A stretch of DNA of 64,000 bases, from assembly GCA_034522495.1 (NCBI GenBank), contig JAXHLG010000002.1, positions 401,541 to 465,540 of the forward strand, written 5' to 3'. The notes beneath the pieces were generated by a model that worked only from the letters and a program-made list of their open reading frames with translations, was not told the DNA's origin and searched no databases. Made by a program: the position numbers and the translations under genes. Shown piece after piece: positions 16,449-24,202 of this stretch (positions within the stretch are counted from its first letter, which is position 1; the number at the start of each line of letters is the position of its first letter). The DNA comes from Candidatus Moraniibacteriota bacterium (GTDB lineage Bacteria > Patescibacteriota > Minisyncoccia > Moranbacterales > DUUL01).

Positions 16449-16797
16449 TTCCATTGTTCCATTGTTCCATTGCTAAATTGTTGTGTTACATATATATCGA
16501 GGCATTTTCTGATTTATAATCTTAAGTCATTTAAACATGCAAACATATAAACATATAAACATTTAAACATTTAAACAAATATTTTTTTAATTGTTCAATT
16601 GTTACATTGTCAAATTATTTTATTGCTAATTGTATTTACTATCCGATTACTGATAGGCTTAAACTAGCTAAATATTTAGAAAACACAGTATTTATGTAAC
16701 ATAACAATTTAACAATTTAACAATGAAACAATTTTATTATTTAACAATAAAACAATGAAAATACAACAATTTAACAATGAAGCAATGAAACAATGAA
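16449..16797. mobile_element. Composite MITE-like region: family A copy A3 inverted relative to A2, plus an 8-mer tract
   Basis: ttccattgttccattgttccattgct..., then a catttaaacat tract, then aattgttcaattgttacattgtcaaattattttattgctaattg...aacaatgaagcaatgaaacaatg. Confidence 0.7.
16528..16577. repeat. Degenerate tandem 8-mers (CATNTAAA)
   Basis: catttaaacatgcaaacatataaacatataaacatttaaacatttaaaca. Confidence 0.8.
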
Positions 16798-16821
16798 GGA
16801 ATTAAATTTTAAGAAACAAAA

Positions 16822-17766
16822 ATGTTTTTAAAGCTAGCCAGAACGTTTAAGACCGGATTTCAGAATTTTTACCGCAATGGGCTTTTGTCGGTTTTGACTA
16901 TCAGTGTGATTGTAATCGCCATATTTATTATCAATATCCAGGCAGGAGTGACTTATTCGGAAAATCTTTTGCTGGAGAACATTAAAAACAGGGTTAGCAT
17001 TTCGGTTTATTTCGATCCTGAAACTCCGGAAGGAAAAATCAAAAGCATCAGAAACGAATTCCAACAATTCGGAGAGGTGGAGTCTGTAGAATATGTTTCC
17101 AAAGAACAAGCCTTAAAAGAATTCAAGGCGGAGAATGAAGACAGTGAAATATTGCAGCAATCCATAGAAGAACTGGATGAAAATCCCTTTGAAGCTTCTT
17201 TGGGCATCAAGGCTTATAATCCTTCAGACTATCAGCTGATCGCCGAAGCCATAAAGCAAGGGCAGTACAGTGATACGATTTCCAGCGTTAATTATGATAA
17301 GTATGAGTCGGTGATTGATAATTTAAGCAGCCAGATTGAATCGAACCGGAAAATAGGCTTCATTCTCGGCGGAACGCTGTCTTTAATCGCGATTTTGATC
17401 ACCTTCAACAGCATCAGGATAACTATGTACGCTTATGGGAAGGAGATTGAAATTATGAAACTGGTAGGGGCTTCCAATAATTACATCAGAATGCCGTTCA
17501 TTTGGGAAGGATTGTTTTACGGGGTTATTTCTTCTTTGATAGCGCTTCCTCTTTCCTACGGGTATTTGAAGTTTGTGGCTACCAACGAGGTTTCCGGTTC
17601 GATCATGCCCTTCTCCAGCGGCATATACTTGAATGAATTTTTAAACGGCTTCTTTATGGAGAACCTGGTTTGGATAATTTTGGCCGAAATCGCGGCCGGC
17701 ATTCTGCTGGGAGTTGTAAGTTCGGTTATCGCTATCAGGAAATATTTGCAAGAGCCGAATAAATAA
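16822..17766 (+). CDS. ftsX: Cell division permease-like protein FtsX
   Basis: N-terminal TM, periplasmic domain, three C-terminal TM helices (MKLVGASNNYIRMPFIWEG). Partner of ftsE. Confidence 0.85.
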   Translation: MFLKLARTFKTGFQNFYRNGLLSVLTISVIVIAIFIINIQAGVTYSENLLLENIKNRVSISVYFDPETPEGKIKSIRNEFQQFGEVESVEYVSKEQALKEFKAENEDSEILQQSIEELDENPFEASLGIKAYNPSDYQLIAEAIKQGQYSDTISSVNYDKYESVIDNLSSQIESNRKIGFILGGTLSLIAILITFNSIRITMYAYGKEIEIMKLVGASNNYIRMPFIWEGLFYGVISSLIALPLSYGYLKFVATNEVSGSIMPFSSGIYLNEFLNGFFMENLVWIILAEIAAGILLGVVSSVIAIRKYLQEPNK

Positions 17767-18054
17767 CATGAGACTCTTTTAATATTTATTCTTTAATTGC
17801 TTGGCTGAATAATTTAAATATGCTAAGTCAATGGAATCGACTTTAAATCCTAAACCTTAAACTCTAAATCCTAAACAATAATCAAATTCCAAATTCAAAT
17901 GTCATAAATAAAAGTTTATTGTTTGTGTTTTTTATGAGTTTTTGTCATTAGAATTTAAAATTTAGTATTTTTGATTAACGGACTTGTTGTTTAGGAAAAA
18001 ATTGTTATAATTATTCTTGGAATAAAGAGTTTTATTATTATTAAGACATATTTT

Positions 18055-18366
18055 ATGGGAATGTTTAATTTTAAGAAGAAGAAAAAGGAAGAAGGAGAGC
18101 AAAAAGGCGATCAGATGGATCAGTTTGACGCTATGCTGAATCAGCTGGATGATTCCAAGATGTCAAGAAAAGAGCGATGGGCTTTGAAGCTGTTCAAGAA
18201 AATGCCGAAATCCAAAAGAGAAAAGGCTCTCAAAGAGGCTATGAATCCGCAAAACTTATACAAGGAAAAAGACAAAATTTTGAAGCAATTGGACGAGATG
18301 GTCAAAGACGGCCAGATGTCCAAAGAAGAGGCCGAGCAGATGAAAAGGCAGTTTGGGTTGAGATAG
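18055..18366 (+). CDS. Small K/E-rich hypothetical protein
   Basis: 103-aa ORF with no recognisable motif. Coding status rests only on ORF length and strand consistency. Confidence 0.4.
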   Translation: MGMFNFKKKKKEEGEQKGDQMDQFDAMLNQLDDSKMSRKERWALKLFKKMPKSKREKALKEAMNPQNLYKEKDKILKQLDEMVKDGQMSKEEAEQMKRQFGLR

Positions 18367-18370
18367 GTTT

Positions 18371-18413
18371 CATCTAAACATCTAAACATTTAAGCATTTA
18401 AACAGTTAAACAT
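18371..18413. repeat. Degenerate tandem 8-mers (CATNTAAA)
   Basis: catctaaacatctaaacatttaagcatttaaacagttaaacat. Confidence 0.75.
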
Positions 18414-18722
18414 CCGTGTTTATAAAGCTGCCATTAGTTGTAAGCAATTGTCTATAGCTTCTAGTAATTGTTAGCGGGGAGGTTATTTGTATTAGGGTGA
18501 TGGTGTATTAGGAGATGAATTTCAGTGTTTTATGGTTGATGTGAAATTTTTTGAAACTCATAGAAACTGATAGAAATTAAGAAATTGGGGAATTTGGAAA
18601 ATTAAACCCGACAAACACAGCTTGTCGGGTTTAGTAAACTCTTCATTGGCCGGTTATTTGAATATAAAGTTGGAATGAATGGTTGTATTTGATATATGAT
18701 AGAAGTTTTTTGAAACTTATTT

Positions 18723-19097
18723 AGGAATTACGCGCTTGCCTCTTTATTGCCTAAAAAAAGAGAGCAAAGCTAGGCTTGGTTTTTGCATTAGGGGACTGTT
18801 TCCAAACACCGTTTTAGTACGAAATTTCTTGTTTTTTAGATAAATTTTTCAAATAATTTTTGTCCCGCATTGCGGGATAGCCTTAGCTAAGGCAAAAAAA
18901 TTTTTGGAAAATTTAGCAAAAAAGGTGGGATTGCAGTAAAAACGGTGCTTGGAAACAGTCCCATTAGTTCGAAAAAATATTTTAGAAGCAAAAAGGGTTT
19001 TCTATTAAAAATATCTTAACAAGCCTGAAAGGCAAGTGCGCATAAAACCAAGCCTTGCTTTGCTCTCGGCATTGCCGGAGAGCAATTGCGTAATTCC
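18723..19097. mobile_element. MITE-like nested palindrome, family B, copy B1
   Basis: Outer arms aggaattacgcg.../...gcgtaattcct, middle arms agagcaaagc.aggcttggttt, inner arms gggactgtttccaaacacc/ggtgcttggaaacagtccc, central hairpin cccgcattgcggg. Confidence 0.75.
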
Positions 19098-19129
19098 TAT
19101 TATAGAAAAAAATTTAAAATTGTTTTTGT

Positions 19130-20797
19130 ATGGCTGGAGATAATCAGGGAGGGGAAAAGAATAAGAAAAATAGAAGAAATCAGTTGAGCTTGACGCCCGG
19201 AGTGGTGGGTTTGTTTGAAACGGCGTACGCGCAGCATAAAGAGAAGCAAAGCAAGAGTGGTGACAACGAGCCGAAAATAAAAGTTTCTACCGCTATCTCC
19301 AAGCTGTCTTTTTACTATGAAAAAATCCGCAACGCGGTGGACTATAAGGATGAGTATCTTCTCAGAAAAACTGCCATTGAAAGAATTTTAAAGAGGCAGA
19401 TTATTATCGAAAGCGTTCTTCAACCGGCCAAGAGCTCCAAGATTGCTCAGCATTTGATGATTGAGCTGATTCGAGGAGAGTATTTGGCAAACAACTCGGT
19501 TCCGGAAAAGAAAATAGATGAGGTTGCCAAGGTTGTTCAAAAGTATATCAAGCTTCACAACAAAGCCATCAGGGGAAGTTTGGCCTCCAAGCGCAACAAA
19601 GAACTGTCCGATTGGATAATAGCCTTGATGGCCAGCGAGATAGAAGAAGAATTGGGAAGAGATAAGGTGGTGGAGAAGGCGATCAGTTTTATGTTTCAGG
19701 TTTTAAGGGACAAGGTTATTTTACCCGATGACGCCGACTATAATCAAAACAAGGATATTCAAATATATGTTAGCATTTATCGAACCTTTCTCAAATTTGA
19801 TACCGATATGGTCAGCTTTATTTTATTTAAATCCGCTGTAGATAGTTGGAAAAACGCGGGCGAGGAGACCATTGAAAAAACAGCAAGAGAGCTGGACTCG
19901 ATCCGAGCCACTATTGAAAATCAAGTTAACAGCCCGATTTCCAATAAGCTAAAGAGAGTTATTTCCAGATACACGGTTTTTTTCGAGATTTTGACGGAGG
20001 TGATCAAAAAAGATCCGGTAAAGGCATATAGCAAGGCCAGCAGAGACCCGGACTCTTTCAGGGAAATGATACGGGAGAGTTGTAGGAAGAAATATGAGAC
20101 TGTCCGAGCTAAAATCTGGAGAGCCAGCTTCAGAAGCATTGTGTATATTTTCATAACCAAAAGCCTGCTGGTGTTTGCGCTTGAAATCCCCGTTATTAAT
20201 CTTTTGGGCGAGTCGGTGAATTATATTTCTTTGGCTGTGAACATCGGTTTTCCTCCGCTTCTTTTGTTTTCCATCATAATGACGACTAAAACGCCTACAA
20301 GCCGCAACACTCAAAAAATCATTGAAGGCATAGAGGGGCTGGTCCATCCCGGCAAGGAGGTTCAAGCGTATCGGCTGAGGACTTCCGCCTTGAGAGGAAA
20401 GACTTTGAACACGGTATTCGGAATTATTTATCTGGGAACTTTTTTGATAACTTTTGGAGGTATTGTTTGGATTTTGAATATGATAGGATTTCACTTTGTC
20501 AGCATCGTAATATTCTTGTTTTTCTTGGCTTTAGTTAGCTTCTTCAGCGCCAGAATCAGAAAAAAAGCTCATGAGCTGATGGTGGTGGAGCCCAAGGAGA
20601 GTATTTTCCGACTTTTCACCGACTTTTTCTACACCCCGGTTCTAGCGGCGGGAAAGTGGCTGAGCGAGAATTTCTCCAAACTGAACGTGTTCGTCATTGT
20701 TCTGGATTTCATCATCGAGGCCCCGTTCAAATTTTTCGTGGAAGCCACAGAGGAATGGTCCAAGTATGTCAAAGAGAGGAGAGAGGAGATAGAGTGA
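19130..20797 (+). CDS. Hypothetical protein with a soluble N-terminal half and a C-terminal multi-TM domain
   Basis: 555-aa ORF with hydrophobic helices from about aa 330 onward. No family recognised. Confidence 0.6.
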   Translation: MAGDNQGGEKNKKNRRNQLSLTPGVVGLFETAYAQHKEKQSKSGDNEPKIKVSTAISKLSFYYEKIRNAVDYKDEYLLRKTAIERILKRQIIIESVLQPAKSSKIAQHLMIELIRGEYLANNSVPEKKIDEVAKVVQKYIKLHNKAIRGSLASKRNKELSDWIIALMASEIEEELGRDKVVEKAISFMFQVLRDKVILPDDADYNQNKDIQIYVSIYRTFLKFDTDMVSFILFKSAVDSWKNAGEETIEKTARELDSIRATIENQVNSPISNKLKRVISRYTVFFEILTEVIKKDPVKAYSKASRDPDSFREMIRESCRKKYETVRAKIWRASFRSIVYIFITKSLLVFALEIPVINLLGESVNYISLAVNIGFPPLLLFSIIMTTKTPTSRNTQKIIEGIEGLVHPGKEVQAYRLRTSALRGKTLNTVFGIIYLGTFLITFGGIVWILNMIGFHFVSIVIFLFFLALVSFFSARIRKKAHELMVVEPKESIFRLFTDFFYTPVLAAGKWLSENFSKLNVFVIVLDFIIEAPFKFFVEATEEWSKYVKERREEIE

Positions 20798-20801
20798 GGT
20801 T

Positions 20802-20842
20802 CATATTATCATATTATCATTTTAACATTTTATCATATTAAC
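20802..20842. repeat. 8-mer tract (CATNTTAN), left part, interrupted by IS copy 1
   Basis: catattatcatattatcattttaacattttatcatattaac continues at 22175-22268 on the other side of the IS. Confidence 0.75.
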
Positions 20843-22174
20843 ATCACTCGTGTCCGGTTCACAAATCCCACAAACAAGCCTGTTTTCCGCCGCTTCTTTT
20901 AAAATTTTGCAATTCAGGATTACTAAACAGCTCAACCATGGGAGTTTTAGTTAGGACTGACACGTTCAAAATTTGTAATATTTCGTAGAGGTTCTTTTCA
21001 ATCTTCCATTGTTTTTTGAAAATGGCTACTACAAGATAAGCGCAAATGGCAATGCAGATTTGGGTTTTTACCGCGTTCTCTGAGCGGCCCCAGAAGGCTT
21101 TGATCTTGAGATGCTGCTTGATCCACTTGAAAAACAATTCAATTTGCCAGCGGTGCTTGTACAGGGCGGCTATTTTCTCAGCAGAAAGATTAAAATCGTT
21201 GCTCAAGTAAGTGAAATACTTTTTGCTTTCTTGATCAAAGAATTTAATCCTCCTTAATTTCTCCGGATACCTCTTAGAGCTTTTCCAATTGCTAAGCTTG
21301 ATTATCTGATCGCAGCAAATCCCTGTTCCTTTTTCCTTCCTGTTGGAATAAATTCTTTCAAATCCCAGACACTCCTTGGCTCTGATAACAAAGAAGGCTC
21401 CTTTTCGGTGAATTTTGTAAAGCCTGCCGTAATCTATGTAGCCCCGGTCCAGAATGTAATGCGCTTCCGGTTCAATTTCGATCGAATCCAGGAATTCCAG
21501 ATCGTGCCTTTTGGCGCTAGTGATTTCAAACATGGCGGGAATATTGCCGTCAAGGTCCATTTGCAGATTCAGCTTCACCCCGGCTCTTACAGTCTTGAGC
21601 TTGGCCCAGGAGAAAAGAGAAAGGCAGAGTTCGATTACCGATGAATCTATAATGTAGCAAGCCCCGTTCAGTTCCAAATTAAAATTGTCATCGCCTGCAT
21701 ACAGCTTTCTGGCTTTATCAATCAATATTCCCGCCAGGTCCCTGTAAATCCTCCAATCCCTTTTTTCGCTGGCATCGGAAAGAGTTGATCTTGAAATAAT
21801 GCTGGAAAAACCCAAGTTGCGGATTTTTCCCTGCTGGGAGCTCAAGCAGTTGACAACGTCCCGGAGACTTTCCCGATGAGAAATCTGCCCAAAAAAGAGA
21901 GCTAGGAATTGATTCCAGCAAGTAAGTTTTTTTACTGCCGAATTGCCCCGGTATCTATCCACGCATCGGTTGAATTCATAACGTGGGATGTGATCTGCAA
22001 GCTGAGAAAGAACATATTTTCCATGATACATTTGAGTAATTGATAATTGCTTAAAAAACAATATCAATTATCCCATTATTTCCGTTCAAGCCAAAAAAAA
22101 TTCTTGTCCCTTGATTTTGGCTCTGGAAAGCCAAAATCAGGAGATGAGAAAAAAATTAACCGGACACGAGTGAT
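20843..22174 (-). mobile_element. IS4-family insertion sequence, copy 1 (1332 bp)
   Basis: Perfect 17-bp terminal inverted repeats ATCACTCGTGTCCGGTT. Flanking direct repeat attaac (6 bp; 10 bp atattaacat if the ends are taken as CACTCG). Single DDE transposase ORF. Confidence 0.9.
20859..22067 (-). CDS. IS4-family DDE transposase
   Basis: 402 aa. DUF4372-like N-terminus (YHGKYVLSQLADHIPRYEFNRCVDRYRGN), D in YIIDSSVIE, D in YILDRGYIDY, and Y(2)R(3)E(6)K in YKHRWQIELFFKWIK. Confidence 0.85.
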   Translation of the reverse strand: MILFFKQLSITQMYHGKYVLSQLADHIPRYEFNRCVDRYRGNSAVKKLTCWNQFLALFFGQISHRESLRDVVNCLSSQQGKIRNLGFSSIISRSTLSDASEKRDWRIYRDLAGILIDKARKLYAGDDNFNLELNGACYIIDSSVIELCLSLFSWAKLKTVRAGVKLNLQMDLDGNIPAMFEITSAKRHDLEFLDSIEIEPEAHYILDRGYIDYGRLYKIHRKGAFFVIRAKECLGFERIYSNRKEKGTGICCDQIIKLSNWKSSKRYPEKLRRIKFFDQESKKYFTYLSNDFNLSAEKIAALYKHRWQIELFFKWIKQHLKIKAFWGRSENAVKTQICIAICAYLVVAIFKKQWKIEKNLYEILQILNVSVLTKTPMVELFSNPELQNFKRSGGKQACLWDL

Positions 22175-22268
22175 ATTAACATATAAACATTTTAACATAT
22201 TATCATATTATCATTTTATCATATGAACATTTAAGCATTCAAACATACAAGCATCTAAACATTTAATC
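22175..22268. repeat. 8-mer tract, right part
   Basis: attaacatataaacattttaacatattatcatattatcattttatcatatgaacatttaagcattcaaacatacaagcatctaaacatttaatc. Confidence 0.75.
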
Positions 22269-22349
22269 AATTTTATTTTTAGGGACTGCTTCCAAACACC
22301 ATTTCGTTACGAAATTTCCAATTATTTCTTGAACTCGGGAACTAAAAAC

Positions 22350-22372
22350 TTGACAGGATTTATTATAGATAT
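22350..22372 (+). promoter_or_regulatory. Orphaned -35 half of the promoter of the 148-aa anchor-protein gene, split by IS copy 2
   Basis: TTGACA (22350-22355) plus 17 nt, then the IS end. The homologous intact promoter is at 32271-32298. Confidence 0.4.
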
Positions 22373-23704
22373 ATCACTCGTGTCCGGTTCACAAATCCCA
22401 CAAACAAGCCTGTTTTCCGCCGCTTCTTTTAAAATTTTGCAATTCAGGATTACTAAACAGCTCAACCATGGGAGTTTTAGTTAGGACTGACACGTTCAAA
22501 ATTTGTAATATTTCGTAGAGGTTCTTTTCAATCTTCCATTGTTTTTTGAAAATGGCTACTACAAGATAAGCGCAAATGGCAATGCAGATTTGGGTTTTTA
22601 CCGCGTTCTCTGAGCGGCCCCAGAAGGCTTTGATCTTGAGATGCTGCTTGATCCACTTGAAAAACAATTCAATTTGCCAGCGGTGCTTGTACAGGGCGGC
22701 TATTTTCTCAGCAGAAAGATTAAAATCGTTGCTCAAGTAAGTGAAATACTTTTTGCTTTCTTGATCAAAGAATTTAATCCTCCTTAATTTCTCCGGATAC
22801 CTCTTAGAGCTTTTCCAATTGCTAAGCTTGATTATCTGATCGCAGCAAATCCCTGTTCCTTTTTCCTTCCTGTTGGAATAAATTCTTTCAAATCCCAGAC
22901 ACTCCTTGGCTCTGATAACAAAGAAGGCTCCTTTTCGGTGAATTTTGTAAAGCCTGCCGTAATCTATGTAGCCCCGGTCCAGAATGTAATGCGCTTCCGG
23001 TTCAATTTCGATCGAATCCAGGAATTCCAGATCGTGCCTTTTGGCGCTAGTGATTTCAAACATGGCGGGAATATTGCCGTCAAGGTCCATTTGCAGATTC
23101 AGCTTCACCCCGGCTCTTACAGTCTTGAGCTTGGCCCAGGAGAAAAGAGAAAGGCAGAGTTCGATTACCGATGAATCTATAATGTAGCAAGCCCCGTTCA
23201 GTTCCAAATTAAAATTGTCATCGCCTGCATACAGCTTTCTGGCTTTATCAATCAATATTCCCGCCAGGTCCCTGTAAATCCTCCAATCCCTTTTTTCGCT
23301 GGCATCGGAAAGAGTTGATCTTGAAATAATGCTGGAAAAACCCAAGTTGCGGATTTTTCCCTGCTGGGAGCTCAAGCAGTTGACAACGTCCCGGAGACTT
23401 TCCCGATGAGAAATCTGCCCAAAAAAGAGAGCTAGGAATTGATTCCAGCAAGTAAGTTTTTTTACTGCCGAATTGCCCCGGTATCTATCCACGCATCGGT
23501 TGAATTCATAACGTGGGATGTGATCTGCAAGCTGAGAAAGAACATATTTTCCATGATACATTTGAGTAATTGATAATTGCTTAAAAAACAATATCAATTA
23601 TCCCATTATTTCCGTTCAAGCCAAAAAAAATTCTTGTCCCTTGATTTTGGCTCTGGAAAGCCAAAATCAGGAGATGAGAAAAAAATTAACCGGACACGAG
23701 TGAT
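22373..23704 (-). mobile_element. IS4-family insertion sequence, copy 2 (1332 bp), same orientation as copy 1
   Basis: Same 17-bp TIRs. Flanking direct repeat agatat (or atagatatat). The transposase and all listed spurious ORFs translate identically to copy 1. Confidence 0.9.
22389..23597 (-). CDS. IS4-family DDE transposase (identical to 20859..22067)
   Basis: 402-aa translation identical to copy 1. Confidence 0.85.
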   Translation of the reverse strand: MILFFKQLSITQMYHGKYVLSQLADHIPRYEFNRCVDRYRGNSAVKKLTCWNQFLALFFGQISHRESLRDVVNCLSSQQGKIRNLGFSSIISRSTLSDASEKRDWRIYRDLAGILIDKARKLYAGDDNFNLELNGACYIIDSSVIELCLSLFSWAKLKTVRAGVKLNLQMDLDGNIPAMFEITSAKRHDLEFLDSIEIEPEAHYILDRGYIDYGRLYKIHRKGAFFVIRAKECLGFERIYSNRKEKGTGICCDQIIKLSNWKSSKRYPEKLRRIKFFDQESKKYFTYLSNDFNLSAEKIAALYKHRWQIELFFKWIKQHLKIKAFWGRSENAVKTQICIAICAYLVVAIFKKQWKIEKNLYEILQILNVSVLTKTPMVELFSNPELQNFKRSGGKQACLWDL

Positions 23705-23749
23705 AGATATATTATAAAGAATAAGTATTGAAATTTTTAAAAAACCAAA

Positions 23750-24196
23750 ATGCAAAATAAAAAGACGGTTATATTGATAGTTTTGATTGTTCTACTCCTT
23801 TCAGGAGTGGGAGTTTTCGGGTATTTGATTTATGCGGAAAAAAACAAACAAGCAAAGGAGATTCAGGGAGAAGTCTCAAAGCAGAAAAATCTTCAAGACA
23901 ACCAAAATCAATCGAAGGTTAAAGAATTAAAAAGTTTCGAGGGCATGGTTAAGGCCAGGGAGGAAAACTTTTTGAGGGTGGAATTTAGTTATGAAGGAAA
24001 AACGTGGCAGTCTAAAGTTGATAAAAACGAGGAAACTTTTATCGGGAAAGCTTCAAGAGATGAAAACTCTTTTCCTCAAGAGTTGGCCATGGAAGAAATT
24101 AAAGAAGGAGACTTGGTAATTGTTAGTTCTCAAGAAAACATATTGGCCAAAGAATCGTTTCCGGCTAGCATGATAATGGTGGCGGAAAAAAAATAG
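23750..24196 (+). CDS. Small N-terminally membrane-anchored protein, paralog family member 1
   Basis: MQNKKTVILIVLIVLLLSGVGVFGYLIYAEK. The N-terminus and 5' UTR are homologous to 32331..32723. Confidence 0.65.
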   Translation: MQNKKTVILIVLIVLLLSGVGVFGYLIYAEKNKQAKEIQGEVSKQKNLQDNQNQSKVKELKSFEGMVKAREENFLRVEFSYEGKTWQSKVDKNEETFIGKASRDENSFPQELAMEEIKEGDLVIVSSQENILAKESFPASMIMVAEKK

Positions 24197-24202
24197 AAAT
24201 TT

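Noticed and set aside
17843-17995. A further MITE family (aaatcctaaa / tttaggattt arms) at 17843-17995 and 45697-45830
   Set aside because: The two regions share short AT-rich motifs (aaatcctaaa, ttcaaat, tgtcat), but by eye I could not establish convincing end-to-end similarity. It may be real but is not supported well enough to list as a feature.
18055-18366. The 103-aa K/E-rich ORF as a fragment of the SRP protein Ffh M-domain
   Set aside because: There is only a vague compositional resemblance (basic and Met-containing helices). No G-domain is adjacent and no convincing motif alignment is possible by eye.
20843-23704. The two IS copies as a cargo-carrying composite transposon
   Set aside because: Only 198 bp of non-coding repeat sequence lies between them. 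Each copy has its own distinct target-site duplication, which indicates independent insertions.
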